IMG/VR virus record: IMGVR_UViG_3300049855_000348
Coordinates: 124,001-188,000 of that record
Direction: 5' to 3' (one strand)
DNA length: 64,000 bases
Shown here piece after piece: positions 53,906-62,472 of this stretch. A program made the translations under genes and the position numbers. Numbering within the stretch: position 1 is the first letter of the stretch; each line of letters starts with the position of its first letter. Below the pieces are notes generated by a model. That model saw nothing but the letters and a program-made list of their open reading frames with translations, was not told where the DNA came from and ran no database searches.

Positions 53906-54523
53906 ATGCAAACGATCTACGACATCGAAACCATTGCCGTTCTCGATGCCAAGTCGATCAACCGTCGTTCCTTCCGATCTGGACCAGCCTCACGCATCCT
54001 TTCAATTTACGATGACCCTGAGATCCTACGGAAGCGACTTGAAGCGAATGTCCCCTGCCCGCTCAAAATGGCGATTGAAAAAAATGGTTACGATCCCGCC
54101 AATCCTCCGAAGTTGAAGCGCGGTCATTACATGGATCCGAAGGAGTTGTTCTACCGCACCATGAAAGTTCAGATGGCTGGTGGAATCGACAAAGCGGGTC
54201 GTGATGGAGAACGTTTCATCGAACTGCTGACCCTGCTGGCGAATGGTTATATGGGTCGCATCATGTTCAAGGATACCGGCTCGATGGCCAATCTCACTGA
54301 AGACATGGTGCAAGAAGCTATCACCAAGTGTGCGATGATCGTCATGCGCTTCAATCCCTGGGACCCCCGCGCCACCAAACCCACTCTCAATAACGCTTTC
54401 GCCTATTTCACCACGGTTATCCGCAATCGCTTCTATGAAACACTCACTTGCCCATTGGTCGGGTCGGATGTGTTCCTCGAAGATCTCAAAACCGAAAACC
54501 AGTCGATCGGTGATTTGATTTGA
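53906..54523 (+). CDS. gp55: Late-transcription sigma factor, T4 gp55-like
   Basis: HYMDPKEL...LANGY...F...EDMVQEAI...RFNP...AFAYFTTVIRNRF parallels gp55 (YVNNKEL...IAEG...NF...EMIADGI...NFD...PHAYIT); SD GAGGAAG. Confidence 0.8.
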   Translation: MQTIYDIETIAVLDAKSINRRSFRSGPASRILSIYDDPEILRKRLEANVPCPLKMAIEKNGYDPANPPKLKRGHYMDPKELFYRTMKVQMAGGIDKAGRDGERFIELLTLLANGYMGRIMFKDTGSMANLTEDMVQEAITKCAMIVMRFNPWDPRATKPTLNNAFAYFTTVIRNRFYETLTCPLVGSDVFLEDLKTENQSIGDLI

Positions 54524-54547
54524 CTTAGCGACAATTTGGTCTAGATT
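54520..54547 (+). promoter_or_regulatory. Candidate promoter TTGACT-16-TAGATT overlapping a GCGAC-N6-GTCTA site
   Basis: TTGACT ta GCGAC AATTTG GTC TAGATT; palindrome shifted 2 nt relative to the other copies. Confidence 0.6.
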
Positions 54548-54759
54548 GGCTTCCTGGAGGAAGTCCGTTTGACGAACTGTGCGACTGGCATCACGAGTGC
54601 ATCTCGTGACTCATCAACCAATGCGTCGATCTCCGCTGGCTCGATCTCGCCTTTGGCGGCTCGGGTGGCGATCAACTCGAATTTGTCGTGCAGGATTTCT
54701 TCCAGCCGCTTCGAGAGCGTGAAGATGTCACGCGCATGGTTTTTCTGAGATTCCGCCAT
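54541..54759 (-). CDS. Small helical hypothetical protein (72 aa, MAESQKNHARDIF...)
   Basis: Typical codons (ATC, GAG, GAC); amphipathic; its ATG shares the CATG palindrome with the primase start. Confidence 0.55.
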   Translation of the reverse strand: MAESQKNHARDIFTLSKRLEEILHDKFELIATRAAKGEIEPAEIDALVDESRDALVMPVAQFVKRTSSRKPI

Positions 54760-55876
54760 GGCAGATTTATCCACCCCAGACGACATCAGGATCGAAAAAC
54801 TTCGCCGCTGGCTGGAGGGTAAGGGGATTGACGTGGTACAGATCGGCAACGAACTGTGCTGCCCATCCCCCTTCAAAGAGCGTGAAAAGCGCAAGACCGA
54901 CCCCCATTACCACGACGATAAGCGCCGGCTGTCGATCACAGTGGTCCAGGAAGCCGGTATCCCCACCCTGCGTTGGCAGTGTTGGTGGTCGAAGGGGAAG
55001 ACCGGCAAGCCGTTCGGTGGTCGGTCGGCCTATGCCGTCTCGATCCTGGCCAAGACCTCACAGGAGGAGATCGCCAAGCTGCTGGATTTAGAGTACGACG
55101 CCCAGGTCGAAGCCGCCGAGACCAACCTCGACAAGGCTATTGCCATTCTCGGTCAGCCGGCCCGCCAGTTGGAGGCACGCCGTCAGTTCGCTGCCGCCAA
55201 GCAGGCCAAGGTCCGTCGACCTCACCAATTGCCGACCAGCCTGCTGCGCATGTGGGATGGAAGCCCACTGACCATGGGCGGTGAGCAGATGGTCACCGAG
55301 CGTGGCATCCTGCCTGAGATCGGGAAGACCTACGGGCTGTTGTGGGACTATGAGGAACAGGCTGTGGTGATGCCCTGGGCTGATCGTGATCAACGAGTCA
55401 TGACCTACCAGTGTTGGTACGGCAGCAAGTATCGTTTCCCCAAGGAGAGTGAAGACCTGATGACGAAGATGGATGCCATCTTCGGACTGCACACCTGGAC
55501 CCCTGGTAGACCACTCATTCTTTGTGAGGGTGGCTTCACAGCCATGTCAGTTTGCGGTATGGCTCTTGGTGGATCAACGATCTCTGATGAGCAGATCGCT
55601 CTGATCCACGGTTGTGCTCCGTCGATGACGGTGGTTGCCTTCGACAACGACACCGGTGGTCTCTACGGGGCACAGGGTGTCACCAAAGCTCTCTCCCAGG
55701 CTATGCCCTACACCAGAGTTGTGCCGGTCTTCGCTCCCACTGGGAATGATTGGAACGATGTCATCAAGGTGAATGGCTTTCAAAAGACGATGGAGCTTTT
55801 CGCTCGACGGATCAAGGATTCTCTCACGATGGAACCGGCACACGCCATTGCATTGCAGTATCGAGGCACCCGATGA
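54758..55876 (+). CDS. gp61: DNA primase, T4 gp61/DnaG-like
   Basis: N-terminal Zn-finger-like CCPSPF...CWW; TOPRIM motifs LILCEGGFTA, VAFDNDTGG and DWND. Confidence 0.88.
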   Translation: MADLSTPDDIRIEKLRRWLEGKGIDVVQIGNELCCPSPFKEREKRKTDPHYHDDKRRLSITVVQEAGIPTLRWQCWWSKGKTGKPFGGRSAYAVSILAKTSQEEIAKLLDLEYDAQVEAAETNLDKAIAILGQPARQLEARRQFAAAKQAKVRRPHQLPTSLLRMWDGSPLTMGGEQMVTERGILPEIGKTYGLLWDYEEQAVVMPWADRDQRVMTYQCWYGSKYRFPKESEDLMTKMDAIFGLHTWTPGRPLILCEGGFTAMSVCGMALGGSTISDEQIALIHGCAPSMTVVAFDNDTGGLYGAQGVTKALSQAMPYTRVVPVFAPTGNDWNDVIKVNGFQKTMELFARRIKDSLTMEPAHAIALQYRGTR

Positions 55877-56427
55877 ATTCACCAGCCAATGAACCGACTG
55901 ATCCGAAGGTTGCCTTCGTGCATGTGGTGAAAGATCACATCAAGCATAAGCCGATCGCTGAGATCGCACGATTGTTGATCTCTGATCAGTACGCTGATTT
56001 CTGGCAGGCACCGTTCTCCAACGGACAGGGACGCTGGGATTCCAACGGCGGTCTCGCTGAAGCAACTGTCCTTGGTTACCGTGCGATGCGCTTTCTCATG
56101 GCGACGGCGAATAACCTTTTCTCCACGCTCGACGCCGACGCTGAGAATCGGATCGTCGCTCTCTACCTCTCGCTCATGTCCGCTCGTTGGGCCGATGTGA
56201 GGAACCTCCATCGTACATTCAGCAAGTTCAACCCAGCCAGTGCATCGTCGGTCGCGGTGGCCAATGCCGTGGCTTTCGGCATCGACCTCAAGCCGACTGA
56301 AGTAACTGCACTGACACGCTGGTACTCCAGTCGTATTGAACTGGCCAGGGAGTTCGACGGCTTCACGGTCGAGTGGTGGGTTCTCAGTGAAACGATGAAC
56401 TGGCTCTTCGTCGGCAACCGTCGGTGA
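55873..56427 (+). CDS. Degenerate HD-domain-like protein (184 aa)
   Basis: FWQAPFS...GGLAEAT..GY aligns by eye with the YhaM-type F...P.S..HH...GGL..HT motif, but the histidines are missing; ATGA overlap with primase. Confidence 0.55.
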   Translation: MNSPANEPTDPKVAFVHVVKDHIKHKPIAEIARLLISDQYADFWQAPFSNGQGRWDSNGGLAEATVLGYRAMRFLMATANNLFSTLDADAENRIVALYLSLMSARWADVRNLHRTFSKFNPASASSVAVANAVAFGIDLKPTEVTALTRWYSSRIELAREFDGFTVEWWVLSETMNWLFVGNRR

Positions 56428-56469
56428 CTTGACAATTCCTCCCGCTCAATAGCGTGCAAAAGATCGCCA

Positions 56470-56805
56470 ATGCCACAGTACCTCGTTCTCTTCGATTTGC
56501 CTGACGAACTCATCGAACACATGAAGAAACATGGAGAAATCGATTGGGGCGCTGTCGGCCCGTACTCGGATGAAAAACACATAGAGCAGTTTGCCACTTC
56601 GTTGAAGTTGACCAGGGAACACTTCAAACTCGAAGGGGATCAAAAACTTCACGGTCTTTATACCAAGGGCAGTGAGGTGATCATCGGGCACACCGGTACC
56701 TCACCAACCTGCGGCCTTCACGCTCGAATCATCACCGGTCTTTGGAACGCTCTTCACCATCAGGTAACGCATCCACCCATCGGTGCTGAGGGGGCTTTGC
56801 TGTGA
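56470..56805 (+). CDS. Hypothetical protein (111 aa)
   Basis: Preceded by TTGACA-15-TAGCGT; GTGA-coupled to the next ORF. Confidence 0.75.
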   Translation: MPQYLVLFDLPDELIEHMKKHGEIDWGAVGPYSDEKHIEQFATSLKLTREHFKLEGDQKLHGLYTKGSEVIIGHTGTSPTCGLHARIITGLWNALHHQVTHPPIGAEGALL

Positions 56806-56954
56806 ACAATCAGAAGAAGCTCGAAAAGAAAAAGAAGAAGGCCAAGGCGCGTGCGGCCAAGCGTAAGGAACGCAAGAGAAACGCGGAAAAACCAAGGCAA
56901 GTCTTCATGACTGGCCAAGACACTCCAGATCTCTCAGGAACCGGATTTCCGTGA
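56802..56954 (+). CDS. Highly basic 50-aa protein (MNNQKKLEKKKKKAKARAAKRKERKRN...), not in ORF track
   Basis: GTGA overlaps at both ends (with the 56805 stop and the uvsY start). Confidence 0.75.
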   Translation: MNNQKKLEKKKKKAKARAAKRKERKRNAEKPRQVFMTGQDTPDLSGTGFP

Positions 56955-57505
56955 CCGAACCTATCGTCGGATCAGCCGAAGACTTCACCATTGAAGTCCT
57001 CACCGAACTCGGTGCGAAGATCCGTCATGCGGCTCTCGATCAGATCGCAGTCAATGATGAACACCTTCTTCAGGATGCCAAGGAACTGCCGCAACTTCTC
57101 TTCTACTACCAAGCCGCATGGTGTCGTCTCAACCTGAGGGCAGCCCAGACCAAGATCAAACTCGAACAAGCTGAAGCCAACGCCTTCGTTATGCACAAGG
57201 CCAACAATCTCAAACTCGGCGAGCGCATGCCGGTCGAAGAGATCAAGGCACGCATCATCCTGGAACCGAATGTCATATCACTCACCAACGAGCATGCCGA
57301 ACTGGAAGCCAAGGCGGCCACCGTCAAGGGCATCCTCGAAGCTCTTCGTCAGAAGGGTTATTCGCTGCAACTCGTTGCCTCCATTCGCGGCAAGGAGGAA
57401 GACTGGCTCCGGTCATCCTTCGCTGACCGCTTCGCTGATCACCCACAACGGGAGCAGATAGCTTCCGCTTTCAATTCTGTCATCGGCTCTAATCTGGTTC
57501 GCTAA
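56951..57505 (+). CDS. uvsY: Recombination mediator, UvsY-like
   Basis: Helical coiled coil with LPQLLFYY...EEIKARI...EALRQKGYSL pattern; adjacent to gp32 and UvsX. Confidence 0.7.
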   Translation: MTEPIVGSAEDFTIEVLTELGAKIRHAALDQIAVNDEHLLQDAKELPQLLFYYQAAWCRLNLRAAQTKIKLEQAEANAFVMHKANNLKLGERMPVEEIKARIILEPNVISLTNEHAELEAKAATVKGILEALRQKGYSLQLVASIRGKEEDWLRSSFADRFADHPQREQIASAFNSVIGSNLVR

Positions 57506-57579
57506 TCACCCCCTCATGCATCGTCACGGCATTCGCCATCGACACTTAGATGCAGGGACAACAACAAAGGAAGCCTACC

Positions 57580-58872
57580 ATGGCTCTCTTCGACGTACTC
57601 GGTAACATCAACCCCTCCACCGTCCAAGGGCAGAAGCCCACCAAAGGACGCTTCATCAAGGAAGGATATCTCGACTGGGATAATCCTGAGATCGCCAAGG
57701 TCGATCCGAACAACAAGGCCATCAAAGAAGTCGTCGGCGTGATCTTGCCGCCGTACGCTTCCTACCTCCAAGAGCGTGTCGCTGCCGCACAAGCTGGCAT
57801 CCCGTTCAACATCCCATTCTACCTCCAGGTCGGCAATCATGCGATGGGTCATCGCAACGATAAGGAGAAGGTCTACATCTCCTGCCAGCGTGAACTGGTT
57901 CGCAACAACAAGGTCGGCGCGGCTTACCCCATGCTGCACCCCGATGTCGCCAAGATGTCGGATCACTGCGAAGTGTGCGCGACCTGCTGGGAAAATCTCT
58001 GGCCGATCGTTCAGCAGTACCAGAACAACAAGAATTCGCCCGAGTACAAAGCCTACAAGGAAGCCCACAAGCAACTCTGCCCGCAGCAGAAGTACGTCTT
58101 CAACTTCCTGCCGGCTGGCTCAGCGACTCCTGTGCTGCTCGAAGCTGCCAAGACCCTCGGCGAGTCGATCGTCAATCTCCACTACGACGACAAGCATCCC
58201 GACCTGCTCTGGCCGTATCCGGTCGGTCACTTCGCCTGCGCCTGGGTGCAGTTGAAGCGTGAAGAGAAGCCCGACACCACGAACTACTCGGCAGCACCGG
58301 TCTATCACAACCTGCCGCACGTTCGTGATGCCGCCAGCGGTGCGTTCAACGAACGCCTCTACCTGGAAATCATCGGCAAAATGAAGGATCTGCGTGAGGT
58401 CAGCAAGCTCTACGTGCCGGAACAGGCCGACATCACCAAGGCTCTGCTCAAGCGCGACAAGATCCTGACGAGTGTCGGTCTTGGCATCGCTACCGATCGC
58501 TCAGTGGCGGATGCGGTGAATGGTGCCACTGCCGGTGTGAACGGTCAGATCGCCAGCCCGCCGCCGATCATGGCCACTGGTATGCCGGCTGCGTTCCCGG
58601 TTCCCGGTGCGACGCCGGTGCCGGCTGCAATCCCGCAGCCGACTGCCACGTTGCCTCCGGCGATCCAGAGCACCCCTGCTCTGCCGCCCGCCACGCCGAC
58701 CATGCAGCAGCCCCCGGTTGCTCAGGCCAACGTGCCGGCCATGCCGCCCAGTCTCCCGGCGACTCCGCCTCCCGCCGCCACTCCTGCTCCGGTGAAGTCA
58801 CCGGGTCAGACCCCGGCTTCGGGTGAAGCATTCAACATGCTTCAGAATCTGCTGGGCGAACCGCCCAAGTGA
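57580..58872 (+). CDS. gp32: Single-stranded DNA-binding protein, T4 gp32-like, with a Pro/Ala-rich tail
   Basis: H...C...CEVC Zn ligands, LW...YK...K...KYVFN, KTLGESI; SD AAAGGAAG fixes the start at 57580; context uvsY-gp32-uvsX. Confidence 0.75.
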   Translation: MALFDVLGNINPSTVQGQKPTKGRFIKEGYLDWDNPEIAKVDPNNKAIKEVVGVILPPYASYLQERVAAAQAGIPFNIPFYLQVGNHAMGHRNDKEKVYISCQRELVRNNKVGAAYPMLHPDVAKMSDHCEVCATCWENLWPIVQQYQNNKNSPEYKAYKEAHKQLCPQQKYVFNFLPAGSATPVLLEAAKTLGESIVNLHYDDKHPDLLWPYPVGHFACAWVQLKREEKPDTTNYSAAPVYHNLPHVRDAASGAFNERLYLEIIGKMKDLREVSKLYVPEQADITKALLKRDKILTSVGLGIATDRSVADAVNGATAGVNGQIASPPPIMATGMPAAFPVPGATPVPAAIPQPTATLPPAIQSTPALPPATPTMQQPPVAQANVPAMPPSLPATPPPAATPAPVKSPGQTPASGEAFNMLQNLLGEPPK

Positions 58873-58887
58873 ACTGAAGAGAATCGA

Positions 58888-58913
58888 GAGGGCGGCTCGT
58901 GTGAGTCGCCCTC
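58888..58913 (+). terminator. Hairpin after gp32
   Basis: gagggcggctc-gtgt-gagtcgccctc (11 bp with one G-U); weak U tail. Confidence 0.65.
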
Positions 58914-58946
58914 GCCTCTTCGTCAACTCACAGCACAGAAAAAACC

Positions 58947-60230
58947 ATGTCCAAAGACAAAAAACCCGACGGCAAGCACAAGGCGTCGAAGGTCGATCGT
59001 GAAGGCGACGGCCCAGACATCTCGAACTTCGACAATTTCATGGACACCATCACCAAGGGTGTGGATCGCATCACCAATGTCGATCCCAACACCGCAGTGC
59101 GCTGGTTGTCCTGCTACAACGTTGCCACCAACCTCGCTCTGTCTGGCCATCCCGAACGTGGGCTGCCGGTCGGACGCATCATCAACTTCGAGGGTGAAAG
59201 CGACACTGGTAAGACCCTGCTCGCCTTGACCTGCATGCGTGAAACGCAGAAGCAGTACGGCAGCCTCTTCCGTGGTCTTGTCATCGACAGCGAACGCGGC
59301 CAGAGTCTTCAGCGCAATGCCGACCTCGGCATCATGGTGAAGAAGAAGCCCAAGAACGCCAAGAAGCCGAACGTCGAAGACGGCGAAGACGACACTGGAG
59401 ATCCCCGTGCCGGCACTTTCAAGGTCATCCAGACCACTGACGTGACCACCGTCGCCGACAACATCCTGCCGCCGTTCCTGGCTGCTGCTCGGGCACACCC
59501 CGAGATGATGTTCATCCTGCTCATCGACTCCGTGTCGATGCTGGTGACCGAGCATGAACGCAGCACTGACTTCGGTACTCGTGACATGGCTCGTGCCCAG
59601 GAACTCCGCAAGCTGATGCGCCTGCTGAACGATGGCTACTCGGACAACCTCACGGTATTCCTGGTCCATCACCAGACCGACCGCATCGCCACGGCTGGCA
59701 AGCAACTGACCGCTCAGCAGGGCACCCACGACAAGACCATCGGCGGTGGCAAGGCGATGAAGTTCGTCCCCTCCGTGCGCCTGGAAATCAGCTACGGTGG
59801 CAAGGAACGTCGCGGCTCCGGCGACAACGAGCGCATCATCGGTGCGAAGTGCAAGATCCAGGTCATCAAGACGCGCCTGTACCGCCCGCTCTTGATCGCC
59901 CAGACCTACATCGATCACAACACCGGCTTCACCCAGTTGGGCGGCTTGGCCGACCAGTTGGAACAGCAGGGTGTGATCACTTCGCCCAGTCAGGGCTTCA
60001 AGCAGTGCAAGGCACTCTTCGGCGACAAGAAGTGGCGTGAGGCCGACCTGGAGCAGGAACTGGAGAAGCCAGAGAACGCTCGTAAGGTCGTCGACATGAT
60101 CGTCGAGAAGATGCAGATGGCATCCTTCGGCGAGGGTGATGAAGCCGAACAGGCCAAGACGGAAGCGGATCCTCTGGATCTCGACTCCCTCGAAGCTCTG
60201 GCCACCAAGTCGGCTGACACCAAGAAATGA
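58947..60230 (+). CDS. uvsX: RecA-like recombinase UvsX
   Basis: NLALSG...GLPVGRII..EGESDTGKT, VIDSE, LLIDSV, GGKAMKFVPSVRL and KTRL.RP. Confidence 0.93.
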   Translation: MSKDKKPDGKHKASKVDREGDGPDISNFDNFMDTITKGVDRITNVDPNTAVRWLSCYNVATNLALSGHPERGLPVGRIINFEGESDTGKTLLALTCMRETQKQYGSLFRGLVIDSERGQSLQRNADLGIMVKKKPKNAKKPNVEDGEDDTGDPRAGTFKVIQTTDVTTVADNILPPFLAAARAHPEMMFILLIDSVSMLVTEHERSTDFGTRDMARAQELRKLMRLLNDGYSDNLTVFLVHHQTDRIATAGKQLTAQQGTHDKTIGGGKAMKFVPSVRLEISYGGKERRGSGDNERIIGAKCKIQVIKTRLYRPLLIAQTYIDHNTGFTQLGGLADQLEQQGVITSPSQGFKQCKALFGDKKWREADLEQELEKPENARKVVDMIVEKMQMASFGEGDEAEQAKTEADPLDLDSLEALATKSADTKK

Positions 60231-60237
60231 TGTGACC

Positions 60238-60266
60238 TGCCCCGGGAGGGATGCTCTCCCGGGGCA
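60238..60266 (+). terminator. Hairpin after uvsX
   Basis: tgccccgggag/ctcccggggca 11-bp stem; no U tract, so possibly a processing or stability hairpin. Confidence 0.55.
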
Positions 60267-60281
60267 CTACATGAGAGAGCC

Positions 60282-60515
60282 ATGGCGCAAGATCTGTTCG
60301 TGACCTTCATCGATGACGACAACGTCGTCCATATGCTTTTGGCCAGGGAATGCCACTTCACGTCGATGCGTGGTCAGATGTCGATCGAGATCAAGGGTCG
60401 TGTGTACCATCTCGCCAAGAACACCAATTACACCATCGGTGATCTGGCTGGTTGTCTTCCGCAATTCAACCAAGCCATCGCCTTGACCAACCTGAACCGT
60501 CCACCCGAGATCTGA
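60282..60515 (+). CDS. Hypothetical protein (77 aa)
   Basis: GAGAG SD; abuts the next gene. Confidence 0.7.
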   Translation: MAQDLFVTFIDDDNVVHMLLARECHFTSMRGQMSIEIKGRVYHLAKNTNYTIGDLAGCLPQFNQAIALTNLNRPPEI

Positions 60516-61118
60516 ATGACCAAAGAACAACAATCTGTCGATGTCGAGTGCAAGCATGAGGTGGTCAACTACTCCATCCCGGCGATCTGTGCCAAGTGTG
60601 GTGCGCAGGTCGACGAGGGTATCGTAGCGGTGAAACTCTCAGACCTACCTGCCGACAAACAAGCCACGATTGCAGAACTCGCCCATGGTCTGCCTGACGT
60701 GGAGATCGGAGATGTCGAGTCGACTCCGGCTGCCATCAACATGCGTCGGCCACTCAAGATCCGTGCCGGTATCGAAAGAAAGCCCGCCAAGGCCGATTCC
60801 AAACCCTCAGAAGGCAAGAAGCCAGCCAAGGGAGCCATCACCAAGATCGAGGCTCTAAACGCCAAGGAACGCATCTTCGTGGTCAACGGGGTGAAGTTCT
60901 ATGCCGCCGTGACCGACTCCGGCTTCCGGGTGCTCGCTGCCTGCCATGAGTCGAAGAAGACCCTGGAGTCGGCTGCTCGGGTGCTGGAGATCAAAGGCTG
61001 GATCCCGAAGGTCAAACGCTCGAAGGACGACAAGAGTCTGTTCTCGCTGGAAGCCAAAGAGAAGCGCCCGTCCGGCCCCTGGCCTGATGAGGACCCAGTC
61101 GAAGAGAAGAAAGCCTAG
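60516..61118 (+). CDS. Hypothetical protein (200 aa) with N-terminal C-x-H...CxxC
   Basis: ATG immediately after the upstream TGA; typical codon usage. Confidence 0.75.
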   Translation: MTKEQQSVDVECKHEVVNYSIPAICAKCGAQVDEGIVAVKLSDLPADKQATIAELAHGLPDVEIGDVESTPAAINMRRPLKIRAGIERKPAKADSKPSEGKKPAKGAITKIEALNAKERIFVVNGVKFYAAVTDSGFRVLAACHESKKTLESAARVLEIKGWIPKVKRSKDDKSLFSLEAKEKRPSGPWPDEDPVEEKKA

Positions 61119-61486
61119 CCGTCTACGGTCACCTCGGTGATCCGCTTGGTCGGGTCCTCGGCGAAGTGCCAGACTGGCTGCTTGCCCGGGATCTCTTCTT
61201 TACAACTCAAACACCGGATGACGAGGGTGTAGCGCAACGGGGATCGTTTGGTCGAAACGATGTGGCAATCGTGGGTATAGATTGCGAGCCCTTGGCGTGG
61301 TCGGATGAAGGCGACGCTATGCCCCAGCCGACCAGGGGATGGGAATCGATGTAGGAACACCTTGCGGAAGCTCCTCTGTGAGACGATCTCGACAATGAGG
61401 ACTCCATGACCGGAGGTATCATCGTACTGGGTGATCTCCCAGGACAGACTGTCACACCGGTGAAATTTCCACTTACCGCCACTCAT
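61115..61486 (-). CDS. Hypothetical beta-rich protein (123 aa)
   Basis: Downstream of a palindrome-containing promoter; shares a CTAG stop palindrome with the 60516 gene. Confidence 0.6.
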   Translation of the reverse strand: MSGGKWKFHRCDSLSWEITQYDDTSGHGVLIVEIVSQRSFRKVFLHRFPSPGRLGHSVAFIRPRQGLAIYTHDCHIVSTKRSPLRYTLVIRCLSCKEEIPGKQPVWHFAEDPTKRITEVTVDG

Positions 61487-61516
61487 GCCTAGAACCTAGC
61501 ATGGTTGGTGTGGAAT

Positions 61517-61566
61517 ACAATAGCGATCAAAATGTCGCTTGATTTTGAAGTCTGATTTGGTACACT
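61517..61566. promoter_or_regulatory. Divergent promoter pair around a GCGAT-N6-GTCGC site
   Basis: Leftward: palindrome followed by TATTGT (-10). Rightward: TTGATT (61539) -16- TACACT (61561) -6- ATG 61573, with the palindrome abutting its -35. Confidence 0.75.
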
Positions 61567-61572
61567 GCGGGC

Positions 61573-61683
61573 ATGTTCAAACTCCCCATCCTGGCAGTCC
61601 TCCTCATCGCCACCTTCGCCTGCGGTCTCTACGTGGGCCACAAGCTCGGCTTCGCCCACGCGCAGAAGATCCAGACCAAGTGA
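61573..61683 (+). CDS. 36-aa single-TM micro-protein (MFKLPILAVLLIATFACGLYVGHKLGFAHAQKIQTK), not in ORF track
   Basis: Leaderless geometry (6 nt after TACACT); GTGA overlap with the next gene; hydrophobic helix. Confidence 0.75.
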   Translation: MFKLPILAVLLIATFACGLYVGHKLGFAHAQKIQTK

Positions 61684-62069
61684 GTAAGCCGGTTCAGGTC
61701 TATGATGGCAATGGGTTATTCGATAACGAATACTTCATAGCCAAAGAGTCGACCAAGATCGTCCTCGAACTGAAGGGATTGTTGATCGCACTTGAACGAT
61801 ATGCCAAGATGGGTGTTCGCAGAAAAGACGTTCACGGACACGATCTCGAACCACTGGATCCGGAAGAAATCTCACAAATTATAGAAAGCGCCAAAGCGGT
61901 TTATGATTGGCTGAATGATTTTGAACCTTACGAACTAGCGGCACCCGTCATTTATAGACTCGGCTTCCTTGCTGGGGAGTGTGTGAAGAAAGGATTCAAT
62001 CCGTTTGCAGCCCAACTCCATCAGCTTGTCGGCGGAATGAGTAAGATCCATGAATCACGCCGTCATTGA
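61680..62069 (+). CDS. Hypothetical protein (129 aa, MSKPVQVYDGNG...)
   Basis: GTG start overlapping the micro-protein stop; first of three genes sharing an N-terminal motif. Confidence 0.75.
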   Translation: MSKPVQVYDGNGLFDNEYFIAKESTKIVLELKGLLIALERYAKMGVRRKDVHGHDLEPLDPEEISQIIESAKAVYDWLNDFEPYELAAPVIYRLGFLAGECVKKGFNPFAAQLHQLVGGMSKIHESRRH

Positions 62070-62472
62070 TGTCGTTCAAGTCTACGAGGGTGACGGTGTC
62101 AAACCGCCACGACGGAAAATCGTACGTCCTCCGAAGCCGTTCGAGAACGAAGGGAAGTTTCGGATCACCATCAATGATATCACGTTCATCATCAACTATA
62201 AGGTCCAAGAGTTCAAACAACATGGTGTGGTGACGAGTCAAAACGTTGCTGTGACCGGTTGCGGTTTTGGCGGAGTCTTCACCTCCAGTGATCTCAAATT
62301 ACAGGAACCGGTGAAGATCAGACAGGTCATGGTCGGCAAACAAAAAGTGCAGACCTACCTGTGGGATCTCGATGTTCTCATGATCACACGTATGACGCTT
62401 GAACGCTTCGGCGATCACCTCGCCAAGCATGCAGCCCACAAGAAAAAATACTACAAGAAGAGGACATGGTGA
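62050..62472 (+). CDS. Hypothetical protein (140 aa, ...VQVYEGDG...)
   Basis: Operon-coupled; shared N-terminal motif. Confidence 0.75.
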   Translation: MNHAVIDVVQVYEGDGVKPPRRKIVRPPKPFENEGKFRITINDITFIINYKVQEFKQHGVVTSQNVAVTGCGFGGVFTSSDLKLQEPVKIRQVMVGKQKVQTYLWDLDVLMITRMTLERFGDHLAKHAAHKKKYYKKRTW

